A stretch of 59,881 nt of DNA, counting the filler, from Sphacelaria rigidula (taxonomy: Eukaryota), in the NCBI GenBank assembly GCA_964200075.2. It is 10 parts of 10 records of this genome, joined end to end, with 100 filler letters (N's around TTAATTAATTAA, not from the genome) between each part and the next. Parts side by side here need not be neighbours in the genome. Positions count along the whole stretch, not along the records: positions 35,991 to 41,888 come from CAXNAA020023644.1; positions 41,989 to 47,886 come from CAXNAA020023645.1; positions 47,987 to 53,884 come from CAXNAA020023646.1; 7 more parts are not named here. One strand, 5' to 3'. The position numbers and the translations under genes are program-made. This document shows, piece by piece, positions 38,030 through 52,024 of this stretch; position 1 is the first letter of the stretch; each line of letters starts with the position of its first letter. A model generated the notes under the pieces. The model was given only the letters and a program-made list of their open reading frames with translations. It was not told where the DNA came from and ran no database searches.

Positions 38030-40430
38030 TCATGAGTTGCTCCGGCAGTGTACGACCCTGCGGGAGACCATCGTGCGGAAGCGTCCCGCCACGGGTCGGG
38101 GCACCGTCGTGCATGTCTCGCCTGGTGATGACACTTTTTCTCTCCAGAAGCTCGCCCACTTGTGAATTTCTAGCGCCCCCGCTGGCAGTGAAATGTTCGG
38201 CAAAGACATGAGCCGAATGAGTTCATACAGAAGTGTGATTGCGAAGGTCGTGTATGAAGGCGTCGTTGGGGGCGTAGTTGTGACCGTTACTGCCACCAGG
38301 CTCCTCGTCGTTGGATTGTAAAGGGTGTAAAATGTAGACGCGGTAACACTTGCTGTTAGTGCCATACCTAACCAGTCGCCCTCGGGCTGCCTCGGGAGAT
38401 AGTTTCTGAGTGCCCCCATGGGTGTGAACGAACGACTTGGCCCCAATGACTCGAGGATGTCTTCGATCTTGTGCGGGCATTGCATCCTTAGCGCGGAGTG
38501 CGGTACTCTGTTTGCAAGGTAGCATGTCTTGAGCATTGACTCCCCCCTGGGAAAGGTCGGTAAATCGCTGTCGGCAAGCATGCATCGGACCATGGCTGCA
38601 AGCGTCCTCCCTACGCGTTCTGACAGGTCGGTTTGTTGTGGTGTATTGGTGCTCGCAAACTCTAGCAATATGCCTGTTTGCCGGTAGTGCGTTCTGAAAT
38701 CGTTGCCGATAAACTCACCCCCTTTGTCTGCCCTGAGTAGTTTGATCTGATCGCCGCCGGTCCCACCCATGGTCATGGCCAGTTGGAAGGTGCATTGCAC
38801 TTTGTTGTTTACTGTCTTCGGATGGGCTAGTTGATGGCTTTTCCCAATGTCACAAATATCCCAGTCTGGGACAGATCCACCGAAGTCCACTCCGTTACTT
38901 TCGACGGTTTTAAGAAGGTTCAAACTACTGCTGTTCATGTGTCCCATCCGCCGATGCCACAGCGTGGCGGCGTCTGCAGCTTGCATAGCCAGTCCAGGCG
39001 CGTCGTTGCCGCTGATGACCTTTGGAGGAAAAAAGTATAGGTGGTCACTTTCTAGCTCCTGGAGCGGAACGGTGAAGTTGTTTGTTTCCAGTCCTGGGTT
39101 GTTCATCTCGAAAATAGGTATCACTCCATTTCGTGTCGCTTGCTTGGCGGAGAACAGATTCCGTCCTAAGCCAGCCACGACCAAACGCGAAATCTGAACC
39201 AGGCCTTCGACCCTTTCGTCGTCTTTGATGTGTCCGCGGAGCAGTCTCTTTCCAACCCTTGCCAGTTGGTGCCCCCCTGCGGTGGTGATCTTACGCGGGA
39301 TCGCCAGTTCCTGGTAGTTGTAGAGTTTGTGCCGCAGCCCCGGGATGAGGGTTTCGTCTAACTACTTTCCCGACGCGTCACTGTCTACCATGACACTGAC
39401 AGAGCTTGCAGAGCTGTTGCTGCCCTCCTTCCACTTGTCGAGAACGGGTCCCGCCGCGAAAGCCGACCCATCATCAGCGTCGGTGATACCGCCAAATGTT
39501 TCATCATTGTCGCAGGGGTTCAACGTGGCTCGGTGGTATATTGAGGTTCCAAACTTCAACCAGACGTAATAAACCACGGCTATTATGGCCAACGCGCGGA
39601 CTATTGGAGAAAGTGCCTCCTTGATTCCCCGCAATACGTCATGAGTCCTACCCCAGAACTCCAGACCCCCGGCCTCCTCGGCCCCGTCCGTTCCTTGGAA
39701 GGCACCGAAGAGTCAACTACTACCAAATGAAGCAACGGGTTCGTTCGTTGGAGCGAACGGCCAAAGGTTGTCCGTTTTCCGGGGGTTTTGTGTTCTGGGC
39801 ACTTCTAAGGCATTGAAGGAGATAGCCGGGGCCTTGTCCCTTGCACCGATGACTGGTGGGTAATCCGACCACTGCGCGAGATTTCCTGCCTGCTGATGGT
39901 TTGCTGCCTGCTGGTTACGCCGTCGCAAGAAACGGGACTCTTCGTCGCTGTGGGTTGTTGACACGTGGAAGAATCACCCCCTGCCTTCTGTCCCCTTTTC
40001 CTTGTCCCCCCCTGTCAGTGCTTGGGTCGCGTTTCGAGCGGGGTAATCGCTTTTAACATGGCCTCGCTTTCCGCGGCGGAAACATGTTGTGTGGTTTCTT
40101 CTGCAATCACCACTTCCTCTGGCCTGCATGACAACCCCGCGGCCTGCGACCAAGTTGATGACATCTGGGCGAGAAAGATAGTCGGTATACATGATGCTGA
40201 CAATGTATCGGAGACCCGCCAAACTAGAATCACGCCTCTCGCAGCTAGCAATACGAACCCTTTCGCAATCGGCAGGCAGGGCTCAGAGGATAACGTCCTC
40301 GTACCGCTCGTCGGGTGTACATTGCCCTACTTTATCTAGACGATCACGGTAGCTGTCTGTCCATGACAAAAAGGAAGTCTTGCGGATCATCTCCGGACTG
40401 CATCGTTGTACACACATGGACAAATAGCAC
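38030..40430 (-). mobile_element. Degenerate Ty1/copia (gag-PR-IN, no RT)
   Basis: Zinc knuckle remnant CFRRGKRGHVKSDYP (~40060). Protease MVDSDASG (~39380). Pre-integrase LWHRRMGHMN. Integrase LRADKGGEF and TPQQTDLSERVGRTL in ORF 38030-39184. Confidence 0.9.
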
Positions 40431-40620
40431 CCTGTGGGGCACGTCTACAGGGTTCAGGGAAACTCTGCAGTGTTTCTCGCGGGGATCTGGCTGTAGGTAA
40501 TGTTTTTGCGCCCCACAGGACGCTTCACAGGGTTTCAGGGAAACTGTGCAGGGTTTCTCGCGGGCTTTTGACTGTAGGGTTTTATTTTGTGCCACACAGG
40601 GCGCTTCACAGGGTTTCGTC
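40430..40620. repeat. Short tandem repeat, ~80-bp units
   Basis: ACAGGGTTTCAGGGAAACTGTGCAGGGTTTCTCGCGGG-like unit, about 2.3 copies. Confidence 0.7.
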
Positions 40621-41319
40621 ACTCCGTGTAGAACTCATCGCTGTTAATATGGTGTACAGCCTTTACAGCGCACATACAATATACTCCATACAGCGTGGGC
40701 ATGGTACTGGCAGAAACAACGGTCGAGAACGTGCAACGGTGGGACTCGAACGCACGATTATGTGCTGAGGAGTGCGTCAGTCTGCACATTGAGCTACCCA
40801 GATTATTGGTACAAAAAATATTTCGTGCTTCTAAAAACTATCGAGCAAAAACCTCTCTAAACAAAAGCATACTCGGTCGAGTGATTTTGGTATACTGCGG
40901 ATCTCGGGGTTTTCAAAAGCAATGCGCACTCATATGCGAAGTATATACCGTCCAGCTAGTATCTTATCACGCCTGGTTTGTGCTTGAAGCACAGGTTTGG
41001 ACATGCAGACGTGACCAATGTGTGGGATCTCTACTCAGCGAAAGCTGTTGAGAATTAGTCATCCTTCAGCTCCATGTATAGATGGACTGGGGGGCTAAAG
41101 GATGAATTGCTTTCAACAATTATTGTCGCGTGTCAGATCCCATGCGCTGGTAACGGTGCAGTACGCGGGATATGCACAGCTGACGCTGCTCGCAATAAAT
41201 CTCTTTTCCCCCAATTTCCGAATAAAATTAGAGGGCAAAGTGAAGATTTATATCGAGCTTCTTCGGCTGTTCAAATTCCAAATCTATCAGTGTGCATGGG
41301 AGTTGCGCAGCAGAATAAG

Positions 41320-41455
41320 CTGTTCGAAATATATTCTTTTTTCGCTCATTTTAAAAATGGGCGAAAAAAGAATCAATTTTGAGGTTCTTCTGCTGTTCGA
41401 AATATATCCTTTTTTTGCCCAAATAAAATGGGCGAAAAAAGGATCTGTTTTGAAT
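41320..41455. repeat. ~73-bp tandem duplication
   Basis: CTGTTCGAAATATAT..AAAATGGGCGAAAAAAG..TTTTGA occurs twice. Confidence 0.7.
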
Positions 41456-41569
41456 AGCTTCTCCTTCTGTCCGAGATAAATTCCTTATTGCCCGGTTTGA
41501 ATCGGGCAATCAGAGGATTTCTCTCGGACAGCAGGATAAGCTATTATATATGTATACAGATTTTATACG

Positions 41570-41888
41570 TTCCACAGTCGACATGATGTTCGTTGTCTGC
41601 AGACTCCAAGAATTGGCCCGAGAGAAGAATGCTCCTCTATATATGTGCTTCATCGACCTCCAAAAAGCGTACGACTCAGTGGACCGTTCTCTTCTCTGGA
41701 GAGTTCTAGCACGCTACGGTATACCCACCAAGATAATTTCCATCATCCGCAAATTCCATGACGGTATGCGGGCATGCATACGCCTTGACAGCGGCGAGAC
41801 ATCTGAGTGGTTTAACGCAAACCAGGGCCTCCGCCAAGGTTGCGTTATCTCCCTCGATCTGTTCAACATCTTTTTCACTGCGGTGATG
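41570..41888 (+). mobile_element. RTE-type LINE reverse transcriptase fragment
   Basis: STVDMMFVV..CFIDLQKAYDSVDR..QGLRQGCVIS..FNIFF, open until the piece end. Confidence 0.93.
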
Positions 41889-41988
41889 NNNNNNNNNNNN
41901 NNNNNNNNNNNNNNNNNNNNNNNNNNNNNNNNTTAATTAATTAANNNNNNNNNNNNNNNNNNNNNNNNNNNNNNNNNNNNNNNNNNNN
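41889..41988. other. Artificial contig spacer
   Basis: N44-TTAATTAATTAA-N44. Confidence 0.98.
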
Positions 41989-42049
41989 TGTGTTCAGCGA
42001 GTGGCATGAAGGGTGAGCTGCATCCTGCGAAGATTATTCGACCCGAAGC

Positions 42050-42370
42050 GTACTGATTATCTTGCATTTGGATGACAACCTCCAATGAGTTGCTTCATTT
42101 TCTGATATCGCCACTTCCAGAGACAGCCTCGGCTTACACACTGCCTCATGGGTGTCTCACCTGGCAAACACCACGTAGTATGACCATCCCTGTTGCGCGG
42201 AGTTGAGGTTCTCCCACGCCGCACAGTATGATGTAGCTCGATTACCATCATGGTTACCGCAAAAAAAAGGCAAGTGCGCAAGAAAAAATCGGCAACCTGG
42301 TTGCCTAGCTTACGCCGTGAGTGGCGTGTTTTACAGCGTCATCGCCAACCGACGCCAACCCCATCAGGAG
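42050..42370 (-). repeat. Unclassified dispersed repeat
   Basis: Reverse-complement homologue of 11575-11898. Confidence 0.75.
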
Positions 42371-45300
42371 TCCGGCGGGGGGGGGGGGACTGCAAATCCA
42401 ATAAATGAACCTGCCAGAGGTGGTCAGACTCCCGAAGATGGAGATGGGTCACGTGCTGAAAGTGCGTTCCTGGACCCGGAGCAAAGACGTACCCCGTTTT
42501 ACAGACATTGGTACGAGATGAATGCAAGTCAGAAGATCAAACCGATGTGATGAGAAAATCTGTGGAGCGACTGAGTGTTGGAGTTTCCTAGAGACCGCGC
42601 CGCACCCCGTAGGGAGGATGTGGAATATCAGTTATCTGTACAGTTGCCAATGTACGTTGGATCAGTTCCGCAGCCAACGCAGCGGCTTGCGGGGGCCTTC
42701 ATACCCCCTTTATGGTGCTTTTCGGCCGCCTTGTGAAATGATTCTAATAGTCTGAAAAAGGGGAGGAGGGGCGGGGGGGTCTGTTGTGCCTGAACTGAGA
42801 TATCCAACCTATCGCGGACAAACTCGAATTTTCCCGATAAAACCAAAGGGTGAAAAGGTTACGGTTCGCAAGAATATGCGCGTGGAGAGCACGTTCCTGA
42901 TAACCTAGGGTTCCACAAGTCCGCCCCCCTAAGCTCACCAAGAGGCTTTCCCCCATTCACGGCCAAGCTTGCTAGCTGACCTGTCCCCACGGAGAGGACC
43001 CCCTCAATGTGAAGCATCCTTTGTGTGCTCTACACCTAGACTCTATAACTGGGGCACGAGCTGGCCCCCCCGGCCCTCATCACAGCAGTGGCCAGTTTTC
43101 CGTGGGACCATAGTGTTTTCACTCGTGCCCATTCGAATTTCGTGCTGTTCGTGCAGTAATTTTGTTCGAGTATGCACTCGTGGCGTTTAGCGTTTAGACA
43201 ACAATGCTGCTGCGCATGTGACGCCCGACCGATTAATGGGGTCATTTCACCAGCAGACTTGATCAAACCGCCCGGAGCGTGATGGACATCGGAACAACGT
43301 TCACTGGTTCATGACGACGAAAGTCTTGTCGTGATGGCGTCATAATTCGGTCGTGATTGTATCAAACGCTTTTCCCCTTGAAGTACTTTTCTCTTGACAC
43401 TGTGACGGACTGTCCCCAGTGTCTCCAGTGACTCTAAATGTGAATCTCCCTGTGCCTGAAGATTGATGGTCTGAATTTCGCTGGGATCAGGGTTAGGGTT
43501 ACAGGGTTGATGTCAGGTTTGGTTGGGTTAGTGGCATGATCAACTGTGGCAAAACGGATGACGTGATTGAAACACCTTCGTTATCACTGTAGTTTTGGTG
43601 AATGGCCTTTCAATTTATGTAAGACAAGCCGATTATAAACTCTCCCGATATACCCTTTTCATGTACGACCATGTAAGGCATCCACGACATACCCATGACA
43701 ACCATCAACCACCAGGTGTCCTCAGCAGTATCTTTTCGGTAACGTGTCCGTGTGGCCTAATTCGCTCGGATCGTTCTGTACATGCGGTACTACCGCGCCG
43801 TGCTTACAGTGACAGGGGGCATGAGCTTTGGGGGAGACCGCCTGCGCCGATCAGATAATTGCGCCGTTGACTTGCTACTGCTTGTTGCTGTGCGCTATCC
43901 TTATTTGCGAGAAAAGAAGAGCAGCTTCGTGCAACAGAAGCACCTCAGACAGCCCCGTATGAAGAGTGTAACTACTCCTGTACACCACTACTGTGCTTCT
44001 CTCCGCAGAACGTTTCTCTACGGTACCCTGCTTGTTACTGTCTTATCTAGACACAGACATCCCAAGTTTAATACGCGGTCATCTTCGTGCCGAGACATGT
44101 TTTCTGACCATCTGACCATCTGACCATCTCACGAGCTCTTGTACTGCCCGTGGAATTCGCATTTCGAATTACAATTTGTTCGTATCCAGGATAGTTCGGT
44201 CGATGGTCTAGGCGACTTTGATCGACACTCGGATAAAAACCCACCTCAGGCACCCAGAGGTACGTGGTGCCCAGCGTAGGGCTCCCCATGATACGCGTTT
44301 ATGGGACGTGAAACATTACTGTTGCGTAGTCATCCATCTTGAACCATCGGTGGTGATCCTGCTGCTGCAGTACCCCACGAGCACGGAATACGAGACTACG
44401 ATTTTCAACGAGGCGGGCATGCCTCGCGCCCACCCACTAACGGTACCGCCACACGAGTGCATATCGCCTTCGGCACTGGGAACCGAGCCTTCGTGCAGTA
44501 CAACTTTTTTTGCCTACAGTTGAGAGCTATCCATAAAGTCCAATCATTCCATGTAACTTGCTGTGGCTGTCCAGTCGTGGCATCGTGCCGACCTCCTATC
44601 GTTTTTGCTCCCGCAATTTTTGGACCAAAAACACTTACTCGAAGTGCCCAGTATACCGTGGTGGAATGCGTATTCCTCTTCTAACCCTATGCAAAGCGCT
44701 CACGCGGGTAGTCACTTGGTTTCAATGTACTGGTCACTTAATTACGTGGCTCCAATATACCTCATCAGCACTACCCGTTGAATTTTGTATGGATCTTCTG
44801 AACACACAAGCTCGCTCTTCGCAACAAATGGACCCAGTGCTTCGCTGAGCTTGCCTCGTTTCTATAGTACGTACATTTTTCGGGCATTATTTTTTTCTGC
44901 AAGGATTCATGCATACGGGGTCGAAGCCGCGCATGCATAGCGAATTAATCAATTGAAAATTACCGGCATGCATACGTGCAGGTCGATGGCATCAATATGG
45001 ATATCAATGTTGATGGGTGGCACGATGTTAACGTTTATTCTGCACTCTGAACAGCACTGCTCTATTCTTCCTCTTGTTGTTGTATGTAGCGACACGTCAC
45101 TTACTGGCCCTTTACTACTGCCTGAGAGTGACCCTCATGAATGGATTACTGGTTCGGCTGCATGCCAATATTTCTCTTCGTTGGTGAAGGCGCCAAGGAC
45201 CTGCACCAGGCGTAATGCACCAACTATTTTATCTGTGGATAGTTCCGACGTTTGCACCTACATTGCGCGGGTGCCAAGGTTGCATGTGAGATGGCGATGC

Positions 45301-47408
45301 CGTACCACGTACAAAAAATACCGCAGGTTCGCTGTTGGACAGATCGAGGTGCGTGCGGTGATGATGAGCGTATGCTGGATTTGATGTAGTGCATATTGCC
45401 AAGGAAAGGTCTGCCGAACACCGAGAACGCTCACAAACGATGTGTGGCGGATAAAATGTGGGCATATCGTAGGCGTTGCGATATTTAAGCAATACAGCAC
45501 AGATAAGCGTGTCTGCTGACGTAGCTGTGTTGGTATCAACGATACTCGCTCCCCGCCACTTTCGATGGATGCACTCACTGACAGGCCACTCGACATGCCG
45601 AGTTTGTGGCTATAGACGAGGCTATTCGAGCAGAGGGCAACGACTGCTTGAGCAAATGTGACTTGTGAGTTCCATCAGCTAGTCCTATCGAGAACCGCAT
45701 GGTTAGAACCTGTCAGCTTTCCTGCCCGGGAATACTTGGTTGTATGCGCAAGTAGAAAAATGCAAGAAGTGGCCATCCTTTGAGCGAGGGAGGACTCGTC
45801 GGAGTCGTACAGGTTTTTCCTTGCGTTGCTACTGACTGCTGTACTTGTCAGAAGCGGTCCACCTGTTGCTTCTGTGGTACTGGTGAGGCAAAAAGTAGCA
45901 ATGAAGGAGCCCAATCGCCTGTCGCATCGTACGCTTTGTCTACACTTGAGGGTGGGTTGCTTTGAAGTAATAGATGCAAATTTCAGCAACGTAGCGGTCT
46001 TGTTTGTTGTTTTGGGTCTCAGTCGCACTGCACGTTGTATTTGTTAAGGGATTATCAATCGTGTAACATGAACGTTCAGCACGGTTCTTGGCTCCAAACT
46101 AGGAAAAATCGTCACCACGTGTCTTCGACATCACCTTACTGAGCGGGGTTGAGCCCTTCTCCGATTCCCTTGCTCCGAGGTTCGGAAACTGGCCGCTGAA
46201 CAAGAATCCAACTGGAAATGGAGAAATGTAACGACGGTGGAGAAATTTTACTGTATCATCGCAGTCATCACCCTTTTCAGTTCCATGTGCGTTTTATTCA
46301 GAGGTCGTTGACGAAGGCTCGGAGCAAGCGGCTCGGAAGTGAGCTTGACTCCTGTCACAGAGGTGACGCGTAGTTGTCCATGCATTTGATGACTAAATTT
46401 GCTGTTTTGGGGCCAGAAAGTATTTCAGCCGCTCCAAAACAAATAGAGCCCAACCAGGGGAACATCAAATCCCCTCAAAAGAAAGAGCCTCGACATCACT
46501 TGTCATAAGAATTTGGGTTTTCGTACTCGACTGTATTTCCTTTTTTCCAAAAATGCAGTCAGACCATGTGGCGTTTGTTTTGTTTTCACTCTGCTCTGTC
46601 GAGTGGGTCAGCATATAAAGTATTGGAGCATGGTTCGGCCCGTGACTCTTCTTGCATGCTCCTCCCGATGGCGGCGGGGGTTGAGTTGCACATCGTTTGC
46701 GCCACGATTGGCGATTGTAAACCGGTGTGAGAAGTTGACTCCCGCCACCATCGGGAGAAGCATAAAAGTCTTGATCCATACCATGCCCCAAGTCTTCGTA
46801 TGCAGACCCAGGAAGTGTATCGGTACGATATGTAGGAGATCTTCCTTACTTGAGTCGTCGCGGTTTGTGTAGAGTTGTGAGTTGCGAGGATGTGGTCTAC
46901 GGCAGAGCAGCATGAAAGGACGAGAAGTTCGCCGTATGCGTCGATTGGATTTCTCGAAAGGAAACAATAGAGGGCAACAGTCCACATCGCCATACAAGTG
47001 AGCCAGAAGTAAAATCTTTCCAAGACTAAAAGTGGCGGGACGGAGGAAGAGATTGTTCTGCCGAACCCAAGTGATATCTCACCTCCTGGCCGTTGTGTAG
47101 AGTATTTCTAAATGGCACAAATAAAGAAGGTGAAGAGAAGGCGTGTGCCGAAACTGAGGAATATGCCACTCATTGATATATATATATATATATATTTTTT
47201 TTTTTCCGATTTCTGAGCCTCAGATATGAAGCCCAAATTGTTCTCCCGGAGGTCACCTGGTATGATGGGAAGTTCTGACACCATAATCGCTCTTGTGCTT
47301 GATGTTGTTACAATAGCGCGTTCACGTGTGTTTGAGGCTATATCACTCTGATGAGCCCGCTGTACGGTTGCGCAGTATGCCGTTACCCAGGTACTGGCAA
47401 TGCGTTGA

Positions 47409-47642
<234 letters not shown>

Positions 47643-47886
47643 TGAAGTGTTTTAGCCCTTGTATTGAACCTCCTGTTAGTCTTCATGGCCGACTTTTTCA
47701 AAAATCACGCCCATGACTTACGGTGTTTGTCTATATACTTTTTTTGTGACGAAACAAAGCGTGCTGATTCATTGCAGTCCCTTCGTTGTGTTGGGACGAG
47801 GGGGGGGTGTACTCATGATCATGCTTGCCATAGTCGTAAGACCATTGACCTCGCATCCCTACAAAGCCGGGACGGAGCACGCCGGG

Positions 47887-47986
47887 NNNNNNNNNNNNNN
47901 NNNNNNNNNNNNNNNNNNNNNNNNNNNNNNTTAATTAATTAANNNNNNNNNNNNNNNNNNNNNNNNNNNNNNNNNNNNNNNNNNNN
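47887..47986. other. Artificial contig spacer
   Basis: N44-TTAATTAATTAA-N44. Confidence 0.98.
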
Positions 47987-48119
47987 CACCATCGCTGAAA
48001 GTGTGGGGAAATCACTGTTTTAGACTTGAGCCTCATCTCAAAGTTAAACCTCAATTCTCACAAGTTGTTGTTAAACGTTCTCATCAACGACCTTTGGCTT
48101 CTTACCCTGCGTGTCGTCT

Positions 48120-49185
48120 TGGATGGGCTCGTGCCCACTCCTGCAGAGGGTTTGAATTTTGCACGTAGGGCACACCAAACCTGAACGTCGGCCGCATCCC
48201 CGCTTTTTTCTCCCTGTTGCTGCGTGGTTCCCCCCCCCATCGCATTGTACTTTACGCTGCACGCCGTTTTCAAGGCAGGTGTGACACTTCGAACGCCCTG
48301 CCACGGAAACGAGCCGGGTGCCACTTTCACTATGCGCGACGGACGTGTCGGGACGGAGTCGGACAAAGACGTGGAGCTCACTTGGATCTGCGTCCGACCA
48401 GAGCAGTTGCCGCGATGCTACGCCGCTATGCGTTTTCCCTCCCCTCTTCCCGGAGTGTCTGATATTCCTTCCTTGCAAGATGGGAGGATGCCCTAAAGGA
48501 GAGCCTACGTGCGCTAGGGGCTGTCCCGGAAAAAGGAACTCAACGCAAGTGGTTCGTCTACGGTGTAGAGGCTAACGATGCATACAATTCGGTCACTGCG
48601 GCGAAGGACCTGGGCAAATGGCATATTGGAGTCGAAAAGGGAGCGAAAGAATTTGAGGACACGTGGCGACGCGCGGACGAGCGAGGATCAGACCGCCGTC
48701 ACAAGCGAGAGGCTGCTGTGTCGAGGGCTGCCAATCGGAAAAACCTGTCCGCTCATATTGGTTGTTGATTATGTCCTTAGTCGGTGGCTCTGCGGTACCC
48801 ACTGATGCGTGTCTGTATTTTTTCTGCTGTCCTGAATCCCTTGGACCCTTTTCTTCTTTTGTTTTTAGCTTTTTGTTTTCTATTGCTTCATTGTATTTGA
48901 TTTTATTCGCTTTGTACTTTCCTCTTCTTTTCCTTTTTTCTTGTTGCAGGTCGGCCATTTCTTTCTGTGCTTTGCTCGTGTTGACGTTTTTATCACTTAT
49001 TGTTTTGTCACGACTTAGTCTGCTATGTCGTTCTGTTCGACCCCTCCTTTTTTTTTGTTTTTCGTTTCTTCTTTGTTTCTTAGAGCGTGTTTCAGTTCCG
49101 TATTTCTCGGGTATGTCTATCATGAGACCACGGCTGGATCCCTTGGGGGTCAGGAAAAGTGCGTTAATCGATCAAATCAATCAAA
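48120..49185 (+). mobile_element. Degenerate RTE-type LINE 3' portion
   Basis: Remnant TAAKDLGKWHIGVEKGAKEFEDTWRR (48590-48680), then a T-rich UTR and a CAAT-type tail. Confidence 0.65.
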
Positions 49186-49501
49186 ATAAAGTCTACGCGT
49201 GCGTACCATTCTTTAGTGCTGTACTTCGTAAATGGGCTAGCGTGTGTGTTGTCTTGTTCAACATCGGTAGTGAGTTTCACGTAATACAACGTTTTCCTTC
49301 TTGTGGATTAAACGTTTGATGTGTCGGATCGCAGCGATGATCGCCTTTGACAGGTGTGCGAGAGAATCCATTTATTTTTTCTTCGCTTTATACTTTTGTA
49401 CGAGTGTAGTGCAGAAAAGCCTTTTCTCGTTGAAGTTTCGAGTTCCTCGGCGCGATCATATTTTCCCGAGGTGGTGACGATTCAACTGCATAAGCACTCG
49501 T

Positions 49502-50728
49502 CTAGGATGGGCTAGTGTGATGGAGCTCAGTGGCATAGCAACCTATCACGATGTGCGGGTCTGTTCGTCGACCTTGGGTTCCGTGACGCGCTGTTTCTAC
49601 ATTTGCTGCTGTCATTACAGTAGTTAAGATTGTTTGACCGCGGCCAGAGGCCGCGTTGACCCACCTCGATCAGTGACTGGCTTTGCCTTGGTCTACTCTG
49701 GGCCATCTCTACTCTCTGCTCCTATGGTTACGCCGCGGCTGTGCTGAGTAAGAGAGCTGCTTGTAAACATAACATGATGCTTTGAAATACATGAGTCTCC
49801 AGCCAGCAGCCTACACATGAATGAACCTACTGTGTGATTGTTCTTTATGGATAGCCATAGGTCGTACGTTGTGCCGACGTGAGAGCTTGGTTTAGCTGGA
49901 ACCAATGGTATCTCCTGGTAGTCGTACTGAGAGACCTCAGTCAATGCATTAGCTATTCTATCATTATAAGAGCAGCTTGCATCTGAGGCCCTTGATACCC
50001 CTGAGTAGAATATCGACGTGTAGCTGGAAGTGCACCCCAGTGATGAAGGCAAAAAAGACCTACACACGGAACGAAAAATTGACTGAGTTGAAGCGAATGA
50101 TTCCAGCCACCCTCAGTCAGCGATCTACTCTTAGTCTCACGAAAACGTTGTTGTATGTGCAAAGACGCTGTAGTGCGTGAGAGGATCGCGTGCTCAGAGG
50201 ACCGCATCGGAAATTAAACAGCCCTATGGTTAGGATTAGGATTAGGATCAGGGTTAGTGTTAGGGTTAGGGTCAGGGGCGTGGTGTCATATGGAAAGTAG
50301 CTAATGCAGTAGCTGGGGTCTCTCGGTATGAGTGCCAGGAGATACCGTTGTGTCAGCCTCACCAAGCTCCCACGTGGGCAAACTCACACAGACCTAGCTA
50401 TCCATCCTTGACTTATCACAAGTAGATTCATTCATGTTCAGACTCTTGATAAGGAACTCACGTGTTTGCTTAGCATCATGTTTTATCTACAAGCCTCCCT
50501 TACTCAGTACAGCCGCAGGGCAGCCATAGGAGCAGAGCGTAGTGATGGCCCAGGGTAGACTACGGCAAGGGCAGCAACTGATCAGATGGGACACCGCAGC
50601 GTGGGGCCGCGGCTAAACAACCCTAGCTTATGACAGTAGCAAACGCGATAACAACGCGTCACGGAATCCCGGGTCTACGAGCAGACCCGCACAAACGCCT
50701 CTGAGCTTCATCACAGGAAGCCCTCTAG
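49502..50728. mobile_element. ~1.2-kb foldback element, ~450-bp diverged arms
   Basis: 49502-49960 is the reverse complement of 50290-50728 (e.g. TGCTCCTATGG / CCATAGGAGCA, TGCGGGTCTG / CAGACCCGCA, TGCATTAGCTA / TAGCTAATGCA). Confidence 0.82.
50228..50278 (+). repeat. Degenerate TTAGGG-like hexamer run
   Basis: GGTTAGGATTAGGATTAGGATCAGGGTTAGTGTTAGGGTTAGGGTCAGGGG. Confidence 0.75.
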
Positions 50729-52024
50729 GAACATAAATGCGGTGGACCTATCAGATCGGCAAAAAAATCGACCGCACCTTTTTGGGAGAAAAAAAATGCG
50801 ATACGTCCTTTTTATGCCTTTAGGCGGTGAAGCAACAAACAGGAATGCGAGAAACGAGAATGACATCCGGGGCAGAGTGCACGCAACCGCTCTAGGGGGG
50901 GCTCAATGTCTTTCCTCCAGAGTGACCCCAGTGGGCTTGTGGTCGCAGCCTCTAGAATGGTAGAAAATGGACCCCTCTACCACATTTTGCCCCCCCAGGG
51001 GTCCTGTAGAGGGTGTTTCCCCCCTCTAGAGGAAGAAATTCCCCTCTGGAGGGAATTTTGGGGCGAGCCAAATGGCCGGGTGTGCGGTAGAGCGATTTGG
51101 AGTGGAAACGTTCGGCTTTCAGCCCTCAAAGATATGACGGCGGCTGAAAAAGCTCCTTAGCTTGGGTTTCCGAAGTTTCACCCAAGGGTCTGTCGGGAGG
51201 AACAGTATGGACTCGGAGATCAAACGCGATCTCAACCAAAATATTTCCAAAATAGAAATAAGAAGAGAGGCGCCAAAGAAATAGATAAGAAGTAGCTTCA
51301 CCGAGTTCAACGGGATAAACAAGAGAAAGGAAACAAACTTCAGATCTGCCAAAAAGCGTACCGAAAAGAGAAGGGAAACAAAACGGCGAATAAGATAAGA
51401 CAGATGACACAGACGGGTGAGCATGGCCACCAAGCGAGGATAAACTTAAACACAACCCCAGACACCCTCATTGACAACTAACAAAGCTGTTTGGAAAGAT
51501 GGCAGATGTCCTAGCGAGTGTACTACTCGATGTTTGTAGCTTCGTGACCCCCGTGAGATGACGGGGTGCAGACTCAACTGCGATAGTCGATCCGTGGACA
51601 CGACTGTAATAGTCAATCAGTGGACATGGCTGACTGCCGATCAGGATGTGGTGAAATGTATGTAAAGCTTCGTTGGACGAAAGGGAGAGAAAGAAGGGAT
51701 ATCTCAAGGCGGCAACCGCACGCACTCACGTATGTCCAGTCACTACCATAGCAGTATACGGTCATCCCGCGTAGTACCCGGAACTCAAAAAGGTATGTCA
51801 GTAGACTACTGTACCTTATCCTGACAAGGTGTATTTTACTGATCACGCTGGCCATCTCACGAATAGCTCCCCATGAACTAGGTGTCAACGGTAAGATTCA
51901 AAGACCATACTCAATGAACAGAGCTTTCCACCACGAAAAAACTCTTCCGCTCACGGTGCATCCAGCAGGTGTACCTTTTTATGAAATGAATTTCATCAGC
52001 AACCGGAAAAACATCGTAATATTC

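Noticed and set aside
37390..38159. Poly-Q/T/L/V ORFs
   Set aside because: Translations of microsatellites and a MITE.
43481..43530. True telomere
   Set aside because: Short, degenerate and internal.
46080..46900. Possible piggyBac transposase remnant (WRNVTTVEKFYCIIAV)
   Set aside because: The resemblance is too weak, with no catalytic motifs or termini found.
48593..49319. 218-aa hydrophobic ORF and 176-aa Lys-rich antisense ORF
   Set aside because: Artefacts of the T-rich LINE 3' UTR.
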